Positions 19,322 to 30,284 of a DNA stretch of 59,151 bases are shown here, one piece after another. Origin of the DNA: Cryomorphaceae bacterium (lineage in GTDB: Bacteria; Bacteroidota; Bacteroidia; Flavobacteriales; UBA7312); NCBI GenBank assembly GCA_042091225.1, contig JBELHW010000007.1, positions 1-59,151 on the forward strand. Reading direction: 5' to 3'. Positions within the stretch are counted from its first letter, which is position 1, and every line of letters begins with the position of its first letter. The position numbers and the translations under genes were made by a program. The notes below the pieces were generated by a model. It worked only from the letters and a program-made list of their open reading frames with translations. It made no database searches and was not told the DNA's origin.

Positions 19322-20764
19322 CTAAACTTTAGGAATTTTGATTAATAAACCAGGCTTCAAATCTTTAGCTGAAATATTGTTTAGCCTTTCTAAATCAGCA
19401 CTGCTAATACCCTCAAATTGCTGGGCAATTTTCCATAAAGTATCCCCTTTTTTAATCGTGTAAGTAGTGGTTTCTTTTATTGAAACCTGACTTGGTTTTT
19501 GCTTTTTTGGTGCAGAGCTAGGGTCAATATAAACAACTAATTTCTGACCTATTTTTAAATTGGTAGAGCTAAGGTTATTCCATTTCTTTAACTGGGAAAC
19601 GCTAGCATTGTATTTTGAAGCAATTTTGCCTAAAAACTCCCCCTTTCGAACTCTATGTATAATAGGCTCATCAATAAAAACATATTGTTTCTGTGAGCTA
19701 GAACTTAATGAATAAATACTGTCTTGATTAGAAACAAACAAAGACATTTTATCATAAGGAAGGCGAAGGGAGCTTTTTTTGTTTTTCGCAACAGAAATAA
19801 CATCTCTTTTATAGATTGGGTTAAGTTCTCTAATTACTTCAATATCAAGATCGAGTATGTCTTCAAGAAAGCTAAATGAAATAGACTGATTAACACTAAT
19901 CGTATCGGTATATGCTTGTGTGTAAGGATATTCAATAGGAAATATATTATGCTCCGAAGAATAGTTCATAATATAATTTACTGCAATAAACTTAGGCACA
20001 TAGTTTTGAGTCTCTTTACGCAAAAAAGGACGCAAAGACCAAAAATCATATACATTATGTTTTGCCATTGCTCTAGAAACGTAACCAGGCCCTCCATTAT
20101 AGGCTGCCAAAACAAGCTCCCAATCGTTAAACATTTTATATAAAAAAGTAAAATACTCACAAGCTGCAATGGTAGATTTTAAAGGGTCTGACCTGTCGTC
20201 GGTATACGAACTAACATTTAGATCGTATATTTTGCCAGTAGTGTACATAAATTGCCAAAGGCCTGTTGCGGCAGAGCGAGATCTTGCATGTGGTTTAAGG
20301 GCAGACTCTACAACTGCTAAATATTTGAACTCAAGAGGCAAGTCGTATTGATCTAAAATCTGTTCGAACAAAGGAAAATAATAGTTGGATTTGCCTAGCA
20401 TAGTAGCGACGTGCTTTCTATACCTTTTAGAATAAATATCAATATGAGTTTTAACGTGCCTATTAAACACCAGCTGAAAAGGAGTATTTTGATTTAAGTA
20501 CTCTATCCTTTCTTCTAAAATAGAGTCGGAAAAAACTGGTATTTCAGAAGCCTGATATTTATATGTATTTAGTGTAAGGGTATCCGATTCAATATCCTGA
20601 AAAGAAAATTGTTCAATAGCCCATAAAGAATCTTGCTTCCATAATTCAGAGTTGGGCTCAAGCCTAATTTTTTGAACCTCTACGTTTGTAGAGTCTGTGC
20701 TATTTGCAAGCAAACTAAGTCCATTTAAAGCTACTAATAAAAAACAAAAAATATTAGAGTTCAT
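19322..20764 (-). CDS. mltD: Lytic murein transglycosylase with two LysM domains (MltD-like)
   Basis: SLT motifs 'AVVESAL', 'ATGLWQFM', 'LAAYNGG'; LysM 'HRVRKGEFLGKIA', 'YTIKKGDTLWKIA'. Confidence 0.9.
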   Translation of the reverse strand: MNSNIFCFLLVALNGLSLLANSTDSTNVEVQKIRLEPNSELWKQDSLWAIEQFSFQDIESDTLTLNTYKYQASEIPVFSDSILEERIEYLNQNTPFQLVFNRHVKTHIDIYSKRYRKHVATMLGKSNYYFPLFEQILDQYDLPLEFKYLAVVESALKPHARSRSAATGLWQFMYTTGKIYDLNVSSYTDDRSDPLKSTIAACEYFTFLYKMFNDWELVLAAYNGGPGYVSRAMAKHNVYDFWSLRPFLRKETQNYVPKFIAVNYIMNYSSEHNIFPIEYPYTQAYTDTISVNQSISFSFLEDILDLDIEVIRELNPIYKRDVISVAKNKKSSLRLPYDKMSLFVSNQDSIYSLSSSSQKQYVFIDEPIIHRVRKGEFLGKIASKYNASVSQLKKWNNLSSTNLKIGQKLVVYIDPSSAPKKQKPSQVSIKETTTYTIKKGDTLWKIAQQFEGISSADLERLNNISAKDLKPGLLIKIPKV

Positions 20765-22181
20765 CCATTACATATTTTGAAAAATTCAATAACTGACTGT
20801 CCTTAAATTGAGGAGCCATAAACTGAATTCCAAAAGATAACCCGTTTGAATGTTTGCCTTTTGGCAAGGAAATAGCAGGAAAGCCTCCAATATTTGCATG
20901 AACAGTAAAAATGTCTTCAAGATAAGCTACAGTAGGGTCGTCAGATTGTTTGCCTAATTTAAAGGCTGTATGAGGAGTAGTAGGAGACATTATAAAATCA
21001 TAATTATCAAAAACCTGGTCAGTTCTTTTTTTAATTAGTTGCCTTACTTTTTGGGCTTTAGTATAGTAAGCGTCGTAATATCCGGCACTTAAAACAAAGG
21101 TGCCAAGCATTATTCTTCTCTTTACTTCAAGTCCAAAACCTTGAGATCGAGATTGTTTGTAAGTGCTCGGAATGTCATTAGCTTCTTTACTTCGATAGCC
21201 AAAATGTATTCCGTCATACCTAGAAAGATTAGAAGAAGCTTCTGCAGTTGTTAGTATGTAGTAAGTAGGCACCATGTAATTTATTAATGGGAACTCTACA
21301 GCTTTGAGTTCATGGCCTAATTCTTTAAGCTTTTCTATACTTTGAAGCATTTGCTCCTTTACTTCTTTGTCAATGCTCGGATTGTCTAAGCAGTCTTTAA
21401 GATATGCTATTTTTAATTTTTTGATTGGTTGATTTAGTTCTGCACTGAAGTTAGGAACATCTAAGGAAGAAACTGTAGAATCGTACTGATCGGAGCCAGC
21501 GATAACCTCCATAATAAGAGCAGTATCTTCTACATTATTACTAAAAGGGCCGATCTGGTCAAAAGAAGAAGCATAGGCTATAAGCCCCCACCTAGAAACT
21601 CTACCATAAGTAGGTTTAAAACCTAGAACACCACAAAAAGAAGCGGGCTGACGAATTGAGCCACCAGTATCTGAACCTAAAGTCGCTAAACAAAGGTTTG
21701 CGCTTACTGCTACTGCAGAACCTCCCGAAGAGCCCCCAGAAACATAATCTGTGTTTATAGGATTGGAAACAGGGCCATAGTAGGAGTTTTCATTGGCGCT
21801 TCCCATAGCAAATTCGTCGCAATTAAGTCGGCCAATAATAATGGCATCTTCTTGCAACAAACGCTCAACAACAGTGGCTGAAAATTGGCTTTCAAATCCC
21901 GATAAAATTTTAGAAGCGGCACTTAACTCATGGCCTTTAAAACAAATATTGTCTTTAATACCAATTACCATCCCTGCGAGTTTGCCTGCGCACTTATCTT
22001 TTATTTTTTGATCTATTTCTTTGGCTCGTGAAAGAGCATGATCATCAAAAGTTGCTACGAAAGCATTAAGATGAGAAAAAGCTTTTATTCTATCTAAATA
22101 AAAGTTTACTAGAGAGGTGCAGCTTAAAGATCCAGACTGCAAGTCGTCTTGGATAGATGCTAAAGAAGAATATTCTTGCAT
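20754..22181 (-). CDS. gatA: Asp-tRNA(Asn)/Glu-tRNA(Gln) amidotransferase subunit A
   Basis: Amidase signature 'GGSSGGSA', 'GSDTGGSIRQPA', 'EASSNLSRYDG', 'EVKRRIMLGTFVLSAGYYDAYY'. Confidence 0.96.
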   Translation of the reverse strand: MQEYSSLASIQDDLQSGSLSCTSLVNFYLDRIKAFSHLNAFVATFDDHALSRAKEIDQKIKDKCAGKLAGMVIGIKDNICFKGHELSAASKILSGFESQFSATVVERLLQEDAIIIGRLNCDEFAMGSANENSYYGPVSNPINTDYVSGGSSGGSAVAVSANLCLATLGSDTGGSIRQPASFCGVLGFKPTYGRVSRWGLIAYASSFDQIGPFSNNVEDTALIMEVIAGSDQYDSTVSSLDVPNFSAELNQPIKKLKIAYLKDCLDNPSIDKEVKEQMLQSIEKLKELGHELKAVEFPLINYMVPTYYILTTAEASSNLSRYDGIHFGYRSKEANDIPSTYKQSRSQGFGLEVKRRIMLGTFVLSAGYYDAYYTKAQKVRQLIKKRTDQVFDNYDFIMSPTTPHTAFKLGKQSDDPTVAYLEDIFTVHANIGGFPAISLPKGKHSNGLSFGIQFMAPQFKDSQLLNFSKYVMDEL

Positions 22182-22193
22182 GAAAAGAACAAT

Positions 22194-22373
22194 TTAGTCG
22201 TTGGATTCGTCTTTGTTATCGTCTTTACTAGCGTTTTTAAATTCCTTCATTCCTTTACCAACTCCTTTCATTAATTCTGGAATTTTTTTACCCCCAAATA
22301 AAATTAAAACGATTAAGACAATAAAAAAAATCTCTTGTCCTCCAAAGGAGAATAAAAATATAGTTGAAGCCAT
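22194..22373 (-). CDS. tatA: Twin-arginine translocase subunit TatA/E (59 aa, absent from ORF track)
   Basis: Hand translation [59 protein letters not shown]; TACTTTTG box at 22397-22404. Confidence 0.95.
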   Translation of the reverse strand: MASTIFLFSFGGQEIFFIVLIVLILFGGKKIPELMKGVGKGMKEFKNASKDDNKDESND

Positions 22374-22416
22374 TATTATGTATAATTTAGTTACAACAAA
22401 AGTATGTAATTTTCTT

Positions 22417-23670
22417 TTAGTAAGCTTTGAAAAGCCAATCGGAAGGATTAAGTTTTTCGTTGCCTTTCCAAATTTGTAGTTCTGTGATGCTTTCTTTCGT
22501 CTTTTTATTGGTTATTACAACCCCTAAATTTTGTTTAAGCTCTACTGTTTCTCCACTTTTTACTAGTACGTCGCTCAGGTTGGAATAGACCGAAAAATAA
22601 TCGCCATGATTTATAATTATAGCCTTACCAGCACCAGGGATACTTATAATCCGAGATACTTTACCTTCAAAAATTGCTCGAACAAAAGAAGCGTTTCCCG
22701 TAGAGAGCTTTATGCCGTTGTTAAAAGTCTCTATTCCTCTTAAAACGGGATGCTTTTGAATTCCGAAACCCTCTATTATAACTCCTCTTTCCACTGGCCA
22801 AGGAAGTTTGCCTTTGTTAGAAGTAAAATTATCTGCAATGAGTTGCTGATCTGGTGTAAGTTCATAATTTACGCTGCCCGAATTTTTAGACTTCTCTTTA
22901 GCAAGACGAATTTCTTCCTCTATAATCTTTCGAATTTGAGCGTTTAGGGCTCTCGCTTTCTTTTGTTTTTTATCTAAATCGTCTTTTAGTTTTCTTTGTT
23001 TGCGTTTTAAAGAGGAAACTAAATTATTTTGCTGCACTTTCTCGATAGCCAACACTTCTTGCTCTTGTATAGATAAGTTGAGGTTTTGGCTTTTTTGGGT
23101 TTTTTCTAATGCCAGTAAGGCCTTTTGAGTTTTGAATAAAAGCAACTCTTGTTTTAATTCTTGTTCGGCAAGAGTAATTTTTTCGACCTGAGCTTTTCTA
23201 AACTGGCTATATTCTTTCAAATAATTAAGTCTTTTAAATGCCTGATAAAAACTATTAGAAGAAAAAATAAAAGCCAAACGACTGTACTTACTGCGGTTAT
23301 AATAAGCATAACTTATCATTTTAGAATATTCTGTCTTGAGCCTTTCTATTTCTAATCGATTGTTTTCAATATTTATTTGGGTACTATCTATTTGGGTTTT
23401 TAGCCCATCAATACGATCACTATAAATAGAAATCTCAATTTCTATTGTTGCAATAATTTGAGATCTGTTTTCTATTTTTCTCTGCAGAGTTCGAAGGGTA
23501 TTTACCGATTGAACTTTTTCCTTTTCGGCAGCTTTTAAAAGCGTATTTGTTTGATTGATTTCTTTCTGTAACTGTTCTTTTTTTTGCTGTAAGTCTTCCT
23601 TACTCTGAGCAAAAACAGAAAGTTGAAGCCCTAATAAAAGTAAAAAAATGAAATTAAAGTACTGGCTCAT
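22417..23670 (-). CDS. EnvC-like murein hydrolase activator (coiled coil plus degenerate M23)
   Basis: Signal peptide, long coiled coil, 'KGKLPWPV', 'NNGIKL', '[15 protein letters not shown]'. Confidence 0.85.
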   Translation of the reverse strand: MSQYFNFIFLLLLGLQLSVFAQSKEDLQQKKEQLQKEINQTNTLLKAAEKEKVQSVNTLRTLQRKIENRSQIIATIEIEISIYSDRIDGLKTQIDSTQINIENNRLEIERLKTEYSKMISYAYYNRSKYSRLAFIFSSNSFYQAFKRLNYLKEYSQFRKAQVEKITLAEQELKQELLLFKTQKALLALEKTQKSQNLNLSIQEQEVLAIEKVQQNNLVSSLKRKQRKLKDDLDKKQKKARALNAQIRKIIEEEIRLAKEKSKNSGSVNYELTPDQQLIADNFTSNKGKLPWPVERGVIIEGFGIQKHPVLRGIETFNNGIKLSTGNASFVRAIFEGKVSRIISIPGAGKAIIINHGDYFSVYSNLSDVLVKSGETVELKQNLGVVITNKKTKESITELQIWKGNEKLNPSDWLFKAY

Positions 23671-24382
23671 ATTGAGTAGGAATTATAAACTTTATTTTTT
23701 TCTTTTTATTCAAAACAACTTTAGAGTAATTATAGTTAAGTTTTATTTCGCTATTCTTATTTTTAAGCACTAGCCCTACTTTTTGAGCCAAATAGCCTTG
23801 ATTAAACTTGGTAAAATTAGAATAAAATAACGAGATGCTACTATTTTTTTGCTTGCTTTGGCTCCATTCTACTCCAAAATATAAAGGGTTAATTTTGGCA
23901 TTGCTATTATTGTTAGTCAGAAAGTAATGGGCACTATCGGAGCTAACTTCCCAATCGAATTGCTCTAAGTCAAGGTCTCCCAGAAGCCTATTTTGCAATT
24001 GCTTAAAGCTGAGGTCGATTCCGAATTGCTTTTTTAAACTAGAAATGTCGGACGATATATAAGTAGAATTTAATCTGTTTATCATTTTAAAACTATCAGG
24101 TGTGAGAAGAAGTCGGGCGGCTTCGATACCTAAAAAAGCAGAAGCAGAAATCCAAATAACACTATCTTTTTTCATGCGAATATTAGCGTTAAGTGGCATT
24201 GGCTTAGCATCAAAAAAAACAGTCCCGCTCATTTTTGCAGAAAACCAATCGTATTCTAGATCGTTTGCTTGGCATTTTTTAACTAAAAAAGCGCTCGACT
24301 TGTAGCCTAAACTAGCTTTGTTTAAACTAGCACAAGCGCTAAGCAAAAACAAGAAAGTAAATATAATTACCGTTCTATTCAT
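23654..24382 (-). CDS. DUF4292-like lipoprotein
   Basis: Lipobox LSAC, 'IRMKKDSVIWIS..FLGIEAARLLLTPDS'; start set at MNRTV. Confidence 0.8.
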   Translation of the reverse strand: MNRTVIIFTFLFLLSACASLNKASLGYKSSAFLVKKCQANDLEYDWFSAKMSGTVFFDAKPMPLNANIRMKKDSVIWISASAFLGIEAARLLLTPDSFKMINRLNSTYISSDISSLKKQFGIDLSFKQLQNRLLGDLDLEQFDWEVSSDSAHYFLTNNNSNAKINPLYFGVEWSQSKQKNSSISLFYSNFTKFNQGYLAQKVGLVLKNKNSEIKLNYNYSKVVLNKKKKIKFIIPTQYEPVL

Positions 24383-26099
24383 ACCATTTTTGGTCTCGTA
24401 TTTTTCTTTCAAGCGATTCCGACTCGGAGCCTAACTCTTTAGCTTCAAGCCATTGTTTTAGAGCTTGGTCTGTTTGTCCTAAAAAGTACAATACATCGCC
24501 ATAATGCTCTACTATGGTGGTGCTATTATTTCCTCCACTAGCTATTGCTTTTAGCAACCATTTGTGAGCGTTTTCATAATCTTTAAGCTGAAAAAATACC
24601 CAAGCATAAGTATCTTCATAAGAAGACACTCCTGGTTTTATTTCAACACATTTTTTCATCATCTCCAATGCTTTTTCTAACTTTTCCGACCTTAGAGAAA
24701 GGTAATAACTATAATTGTTTAGCACATACACATCTTGAGGATCAATTTGTAAAGCTTTTTCGTATGATTTATCCGACTCTTCATAGTTTTCTTGGCCATA
24801 GAAAGCATCGCCCAGGGCAGTAAAAAACTGGCCTTTAAGAGGCTCGTTGTTTACAATAAAAAATAAGCCGTCTTGTAGGTTTTGAATGCATTTATCGTAA
24901 TTTTTAAGCTGCAAATTTGCAAGCCCAGAGAAATAATAAGCTGTGGTTTGGCTCGGAAAAAGTTCGAGACAACTATCGGCCAAATTTGCAACTTTTTGAT
25001 AGTCTGAGAAGTCAAAATAGATAATCATTAACTGCTGCCAAATAGGGTATCTGCTAGGATCAAGATCCAATGCTTTTTCGAAATCGATTGCTGCCAATTC
25101 ATTTTGATCGGATCGATAATAATAGTCTCCAGCAATCGTGTAAGGTTTTGGGTCCTTAGGGTGGGTTTGTTTCAAAACCTCAATAAGGGGAAAAGCATAT
25201 TTTAAAACCGAGGTGTCTGAGCCAAGATCGTAGTAGGAAAGCAGCCTTCTCATTTTTGAGTCTATGCTTAGGCTTTTGCTTTTAAATGCTTTTTTTGTGG
25301 CTTGAAATGACTTTTGTAAATCTCCATCGTTGCGATAATTGTCGGACAAAATAAGAAGGGCGGCACCATTTTCGGGGTCAATTCTTAAAATCTTTTCTAG
25401 AGTTTTGGTTTCCTTTTGAGAGTTGCCTGTAAGGGTATAAAGTTGGGCTAGTTCGTTAAGAACGCTTAGGTTAGTGCTGTCTGTAGCTAGCCATTTATTT
25501 AGCTCTTGGATAGCTCCTTTTTTGTCGCCTATATCCAAATAAATATTTTTCTTTTGCTCCATAAGACCACGATTAAAGCCAATCTCTTTTTCTAGCATGT
25601 TATAGGCTTTTATTGCTTCTCTTGGCTGGCCAGACAAAAGGTGTAGTCGAGCAATTTCAAAATACCAATCTTGGTTATATTGATCTAATTGCAATAGTTT
25701 TTTGTAGCTACTAAGAGATTTAGAATAGAGTTGTTTTTCTTGCTGTACACTTGCGAGTAACTGCAAATACCAAACATTTTCGTTTTCTAGCTGACAAACG
25801 CTTTCTATAAAAAACAATGCTTGGTCAAGCTGTTCGGTTATAAAGTAGATATAGGCAACCTCATACATTATAGCACCATCTTTTCCGTTCATACTTAGGC
25901 ACACCATAAACTGATCTAATGCACCATCAAGATCGCCAAGAGTTTTGAGTCGAAGTCCTTCGAAAAAATATTGTTGGTACTGTACCACATCAAATTCTTG
26001 GTTTTGACTAGCTTTTTCTAAAGAATAAAAAGGGTGGTTTTGAGCCTGTATAAAGGAGCTTACAAAAAAAGCAACTATAAGTAATTTTAGTGTTTTCAT
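24375..26099 (-). CDS. Tetratricopeptide-repeat protein
   Basis: Multiple TPRs, 'VLNNYSYYLS...DTYAWV...EHYGDVL'; start set at MKTLK. Confidence 0.88.
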   Translation of the reverse strand: MKTLKLLIVAFFVSSFIQAQNHPFYSLEKASQNQEFDVVQYQQYFFEGLRLKTLGDLDGALDQFMVCLSMNGKDGAIMYEVAYIYFITEQLDQALFFIESVCQLENENVWYLQLLASVQQEKQLYSKSLSSYKKLLQLDQYNQDWYFEIARLHLLSGQPREAIKAYNMLEKEIGFNRGLMEQKKNIYLDIGDKKGAIQELNKWLATDSTNLSVLNELAQLYTLTGNSQKETKTLEKILRIDPENGAALLILSDNYRNDGDLQKSFQATKKAFKSKSLSIDSKMRRLLSYYDLGSDTSVLKYAFPLIEVLKQTHPKDPKPYTIAGDYYYRSDQNELAAIDFEKALDLDPSRYPIWQQLMIIYFDFSDYQKVANLADSCLELFPSQTTAYYFSGLANLQLKNYDKCIQNLQDGLFFIVNNEPLKGQFFTALGDAFYGQENYEESDKSYEKALQIDPQDVYVLNNYSYYLSLRSEKLEKALEMMKKCVEIKPGVSSYEDTYAWVFFQLKDYENAHKWLLKAIASGGNNSTTIVEHYGDVLYFLGQTDQALKQWLEAKELGSESESLERKIRDQKWYE

Positions 26100-26103
26100 A
26101 ATG

Positions 26104-26541
26104 TTATTTTGTTCCGGTAGAACCAAATCCGCCTTGTCCTCGTTCTGTTTCTGTTAAAATTTCTTGAACTTTCCAATCGGCTTGTTGGTACTGAGCGATA
26201 ACGACTTGAGCAATTCGTTCTCCATCATGAACAACAAATTCTGTGTCGGAAAGGTTAACTAATAAAACGCCTACTTCGCCTCTGTAGTCGGCATCTATAG
26301 TTCCGGGACTATTGAGCACCGTTATTCCTTTTTTGTAAGCCAAACCACTTCTGGGCCTAACTTGCATTTCAAAACCTTTGGGAAGCTCTACAAACAAGCC
26401 GGTTTTTATTAAGGCTCTTTGCATGGGTGCTAAAACTACTGGGCTATCTATATTAGCTCGAATGTCCATACCTGCAGAGTGAGAAGTTTCGTATTGAGGA
26501 AGATCGTGTTTAGAACGATTGATAACGGAAATAGCCTGCAT
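26104..26541 (-). CDS. dut: dUTP diphosphatase
   Basis: 'SAGMD', 'RPRSGLA', '[11 protein letters not shown]', '[10 protein letters not shown]'. Confidence 0.98.
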   Translation of the reverse strand: MQAISVINRSKHDLPQYETSHSAGMDIRANIDSPVVLAPMQRALIKTGLFVELPKGFEMQVRPRSGLAYKKGITVLNSPGTIDADYRGEVGVLLVNLSDTEFVVHDGERIAQVVIAQYQQADWKVQEILTETERGQGGFGSTGTK

Positions 26542-26552
26542 AGATTGTACAA

Positions 26553-28016
26553 TTAAAATTTAAAAATTGGTGTTTTTTGCTTTTCTAAAAATAAGGAAAC
26601 GCTAATAAAAATAAGAATATAAACAGTATTTAACAACATTCCCATATCAAAATAAAGGCTAAACAAATATAAGCCAAGTGATAAAATTAAATAAAAACTA
26701 ATTTTAAAAATCGGATAAGGAATTGGGTAATGCTTTTGGCATAAAAAATAGGAGAGCACAACCATTGAAAAATAGCAAATTAAAGTTGTCCAAGCCGCCC
26801 CCTCAAAACCCATATAAGGTACCAACAAAAGGTTAAGGCCTACGGTTAAAAAGGCTCCGAAAATAGACATATAAGCGCCGTATTTTGTTTGTTGAGATAG
26901 CTTATACCAAATTGATAAATTGTAATAAATTCCTAAAAATAAATTTGCAAACAGCAAAAGAGCTACTACAAGTTTTGCGCTTGGGTCTTGAAATTCGGGA
27001 CCTATAAAGTTTTTAATAGTGTCGAAGTATAACATGCATGCCAAAAATATAGTGGAAGTAACAATTGTAAAATATTTTAGCACTACAGCATAGAGTTGCT
27101 TGGCGTCTTTTTGTTTTGCTTGAGCAAAGAAAAAAGGTTCGGCTGCAAAACGAAAGGCCTGAATAAAAAGAGTCATAATAATAGACAGTTTATAAAGGGC
27201 GCTATAAATACCAATTTGAGAAATTGCTACATCAGATGGCAATAGGTATTGTAATATTATTCTATCTAGGGTTTCGTTTGCTATTCCCGCTAGTCCGGCA
27301 ATAAGCAGAGGAGATCCGTAAACCAACATTTTTTTCCATAGCTCTTTGTCAAAATTGTTGAAATGGCCAAGCATTTGAGGCAGCAACAAAAGGAAACTTA
27401 GTGCACTAGCTACTAAATTGGCAATAAAAATATAGCCAATACCAAAATTGGGATTATATATTTTTTCTACTAAAGAAGCCGAATCAAGCTGGTTCTCTAT
27501 AGCATAATCGCAATAAACTATAAAAAACAAATTGAGCCCAATATTTACAAAGATATTTAGCAAGCGGATTGTAGCAAATCGGAGGGCTTTATTTTGTTGC
27601 CTTAGCTTGGCAAAAGAAATGGATGTAACCGCATCTAGCCCAACAATAAGAGCAAAATATTGAATGTATTGAGGCCGACTTCCAAAGCCGATAGCACTGG
27701 CAATATCTTGGCTAAAAACCCAACAAACAAACACAAACAAAACAGCGCTAACACTTAGAGAAATTAGTCCAGTGCTAAACACTTTGTTTTTATTGCTTTC
27801 TAGCTCGGAAAAACGAAAAAAGGCAGTTTCCATTCCGTAGGTCAGAATCACGATAAGAAAGGCAACATAAGCATACAAAATAGTAACTTCTCCGTATTCT
27901 ACAGTACTAAAATACCTCGTATATAACGGAACTAACATAAAGTTGAGCATGCGACCAAAAATACTACTCAATCCGTAAACTGCTGTTTGGCTTAATAATT
28001 TTTTGAGTGGATTCAA
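26553..28016 (-). CDS. Wzx/MATE-like polysaccharide flippase
   Basis: Many TM helices; '[10 protein letters not shown]', '[12 protein letters not shown]', '[10 protein letters not shown]'. Confidence 0.85.
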   Translation of the reverse strand: MNPLKKLLSQTAVYGLSSIFGRMLNFMLVPLYTRYFSTVEYGEVTILYAYVAFLIVILTYGMETAFFRFSELESNKNKVFSTGLISLSVSAVLFVFVCWVFSQDIASAIGFGSRPQYIQYFALIVGLDAVTSISFAKLRQQNKALRFATIRLLNIFVNIGLNLFFIVYCDYAIENQLDSASLVEKIYNPNFGIGYIFIANLVASALSFLLLLPQMLGHFNNFDKELWKKMLVYGSPLLIAGLAGIANETLDRIILQYLLPSDVAISQIGIYSALYKLSIIMTLFIQAFRFAAEPFFFAQAKQKDAKQLYAVVLKYFTIVTSTIFLACMLYFDTIKNFIGPEFQDPSAKLVVALLLFANLFLGIYYNLSIWYKLSQQTKYGAYMSIFGAFLTVGLNLLLVPYMGFEGAAWTTLICYFSMVVLSYFLCQKHYPIPYPIFKISFYLILSLGLYLFSLYFDMGMLLNTVYILIFISVSLFLEKQKTPIFKF

Positions 28017-28024
28017 ATTATATA

Positions 28025-28792
28025 CTAAAAGTTAGGTTTTCTTTTTTGCAAAAAGGCAGTTGTTCCTTCTTTAAAATCGGCAGTATCGAAACATTTTCCG
28101 AAAGATTCTATTTCGGTTTCGTAACCACTATCGTTAAAACCAGCATTTACAGATTTTATTGCCATTGAAATAGCAGAGGGCGAATTTCTACAAATTTTAG
28201 CCGCTAATTTATTGCCATTTTCCATCAGGCTTTCTAAAGGATAAACCGAATTAACTAAGCCACATTGCAGGGCAGAATCACCATCGATCATTTGAGCACT
28301 TGTTATCATCTCCATTGCCTTGCCCTTTCCTACCAACTGTGGCAATCGCTGGGTGCCTCCATAGCCAGGGATAAGCCCTAATGAAACCTCAGGAAGGCCA
28401 AGCTTAGCACTGTGGCTAGCTATTCGGATGTGGCAAGACATGGCAAGCTCCAAACCTCCTCCGAGACAAAAGCCGTTAATGGCAGCAATAACAGGAGTTG
28501 AAAGCTGCTCTACAAGATTAAACAAAAGGTATTGACCGTCTTGAGCCAAGTCGCTACCCTCTTGGCTATTAAAGTTAGCAAACTCTTTAATATCTGCTCC
28601 AGCTACGAAAGACTTTGTTCCCTGACCACTCAAAATAATACAACGCACTTGCTCACTCTTGTCCGCCTTAATAAAAGCATCGTTTAACTCTTCTATAGTT
28701 GCCTTATTAAGGGCGTTTAGCTGCTTAGGGCGATTTATTAAAATAGTACAAATAAAATTTTCGGTGGTACTAATGATATTTTGGTAGTTCAT
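28025..28792 (-). CDS. Enoyl-CoA hydratase/isomerase (crotonase family)
   Basis: 'NRPKQLNALN', 'FVAGADIKEF', 'GGGLELAMSC', 'PEVSLGLIPGYGGTQRL'; TATCTTTG box at 28815-28822. Confidence 0.94.
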   Translation of the reverse strand: MNYQNIISTTENFICTILINRPKQLNALNKATIEELNDAFIKADKSEQVRCIILSGQGTKSFVAGADIKEFANFNSQEGSDLAQDGQYLLFNLVEQLSTPVIAAINGFCLGGGLELAMSCHIRIASHSAKLGLPEVSLGLIPGYGGTQRLPQLVGKGKAMEMITSAQMIDGDSALQCGLVNSVYPLESLMENGNKLAAKICRNSPSAISMAIKSVNAGFNDSGYETEIESFGKCFDTADFKEGTTAFLQKRKPNF

Positions 28793-28834
28793 AGTATTGA
28801 TTTATATTATTGGACAAAGATAGTTTTTTACTAA

Positions 28835-29323
28835 TACTCCAAAATAAACAAGAAAGACAAATGCGATTTTATATCTGAAATTAATTATTATAGTACAGGT
28901 GATGTTGATCTTCTTACTACTAACGTTGTTGAGCTTTCTAACATTGATCTTTTTAATAACCCATATGACCAAAATACATACTTTAACCTCTTGGCTATAA
29001 ATAAAATTTTTGCTTGTGTTAGTGGGCGAATAGCTACATATTATAAATCTGAAGGATGCCCTAACCAACAATGGATGTTTCCAACAATAGATATGGCTCT
29101 TGCTTTGGAAGAAAGTTTGCCAACAATAAATCCTATTCTACATATTATGAACAAAGAAAAAATATATGTAGGCGATGAGTATTGGTTGATGAATGTAATT
29201 GAAAATGATATTTTTTACGGTTATTTTATTCAAATAGGTGGAACTGGGGCTAACGGTCCAATAAAAAGAGACTTCCAAAATAGCAGAAAAAAAGTTCGGC
29301 ATATGTCTATTGTCCCGCTGTAG
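28835..29323 (+). pseudogene. Probable 5'-truncated gene remnant (C-terminal part weakly DUF1566-like)
   Basis: Frame is open from the stop at 28832 to 29323 (about 162 codons) with no ATG until mid-ORF; 'WMFPTIDMALAL...INPIL...EYW' resembles DUF1566-type motifs. Confidence 0.4.
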
Positions 29324-30284
29324 CATTGTGTACAAAGGACGAGTCATTTAGGCTAATCAGAAAAGCTATTAAGTCTTGTTTTTGGTCTTGGCTTAAATGG
29401 AATGGTTTTATAATGGTGTCTTGGTTAAAATGAGCATTAGCTCCTGAGCTATAATGATTTATAACTTGCTCTAAGTTTTGGAAAGAGCCATCGTGCATAT
29501 AGGGTGCCGTAAAGCCAATGTTTCTTAATGTTGGTACTTTAAAAATGGCTTGGTCTTGTTTTAAATTAGTTAGTCTTGCTCTTCCCTTGTCCTTGTATTT
29601 TTTATAAAGTCCGTTATTAGTAAGCCTACTATCGCTAAAGTTAAAGCCAGAATGGCAAGAAGCACAATATAGCTCGTCAAAAAATAGTTTCATTCCTCTT
29701 TTTTGTGCAGGGCTTATTGCCGACTCATTTCCGTTTATATATTGGTCGTAATTTGAGTTTCCGCTAAGCAAAGTTCTTTGGTAACTAGCAAGAGAATATG
29801 CTATTACTTTTGGGTTAGGTAGGCTATTAAATGCTTTTCTCGCTAATGCCTTGTAGCTCGAATCTTGTTTCATGCGTTGGGCAATTAATAAAATATGAAA
29901 GTCAAACTCATTGTGCTCGTGAATAGGCACCTTAACCTGTGCTTCTAGACTTGGATTTAATCCGTCCAACATAAAATAAGGTTGGTATGCTACATTGGTA
30001 AGGGTTGGTGCATTTCTGTCTACCATTCTGCCTTTTATTCCTGTGCTTTTTTGTTTTCCATCGCTAAAAGCAAACTCTGGCATGTGGCAAGATGCACAAG
30101 ATAAGGTGGAGTCTCGAGACATCATTTTGTCAAAAAATAATTTTTTTCCTAACTCTATTTTACTGTCAGAGAGTGAGTTGTCTTTAGGGATATAAACTTG
30201 TGGAAATCCCTTTGGTGTAAGCAAAGAATAGGGGTCTGAAGAGACCCCTATAACAACAATAAATAAGAGAATTATTAATCTCAT
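29307..30284 (-). CDS. Diheme cytochrome c peroxidase, MbnH/MauG-like
   Basis: Two CASCH motifs, 'LGKKLFFD', 'RNAPTLTN', 'FKVPTLRNI..TAPYMHDG'; 4 bp overlap with the upstream MbnP-like gene. Confidence 0.88.
   Translation of the reverse strand: MRLIILLFIVVIGVSSDPYSLLTPKGFPQVYIPKDNSLSDSKIELGKKLFFDKMMSRDSTLSCASCHMPEFAFSDGKQKSTGIKGRMVDRNAPTLTNVAYQPYFMLDGLNPSLEAQVKVPIHEHNEFDFHILLIAQRMKQDSSYKALARKAFNSLPNPKVIAYSLASYQRTLLSGNSNYDQYINGNESAISPAQKRGMKLFFDELYCASCHSGFNFSDSRLTNNGLYKKYKDKGRARLTNLKQDQAIFKVPTLRNIGFTAPYMHDGSFQNLEQVINHYSSGANAHFNQDTIIKPFHLSQDQKQDLIAFLISLNDSSFVHNATAGQ

Noticed and set aside
20754-22181. gatA without adjacent gatB/gatC
   Set aside because: Dispersed gat genes are ordinary in Bacteroidota; the partners are probably elsewhere in the genome
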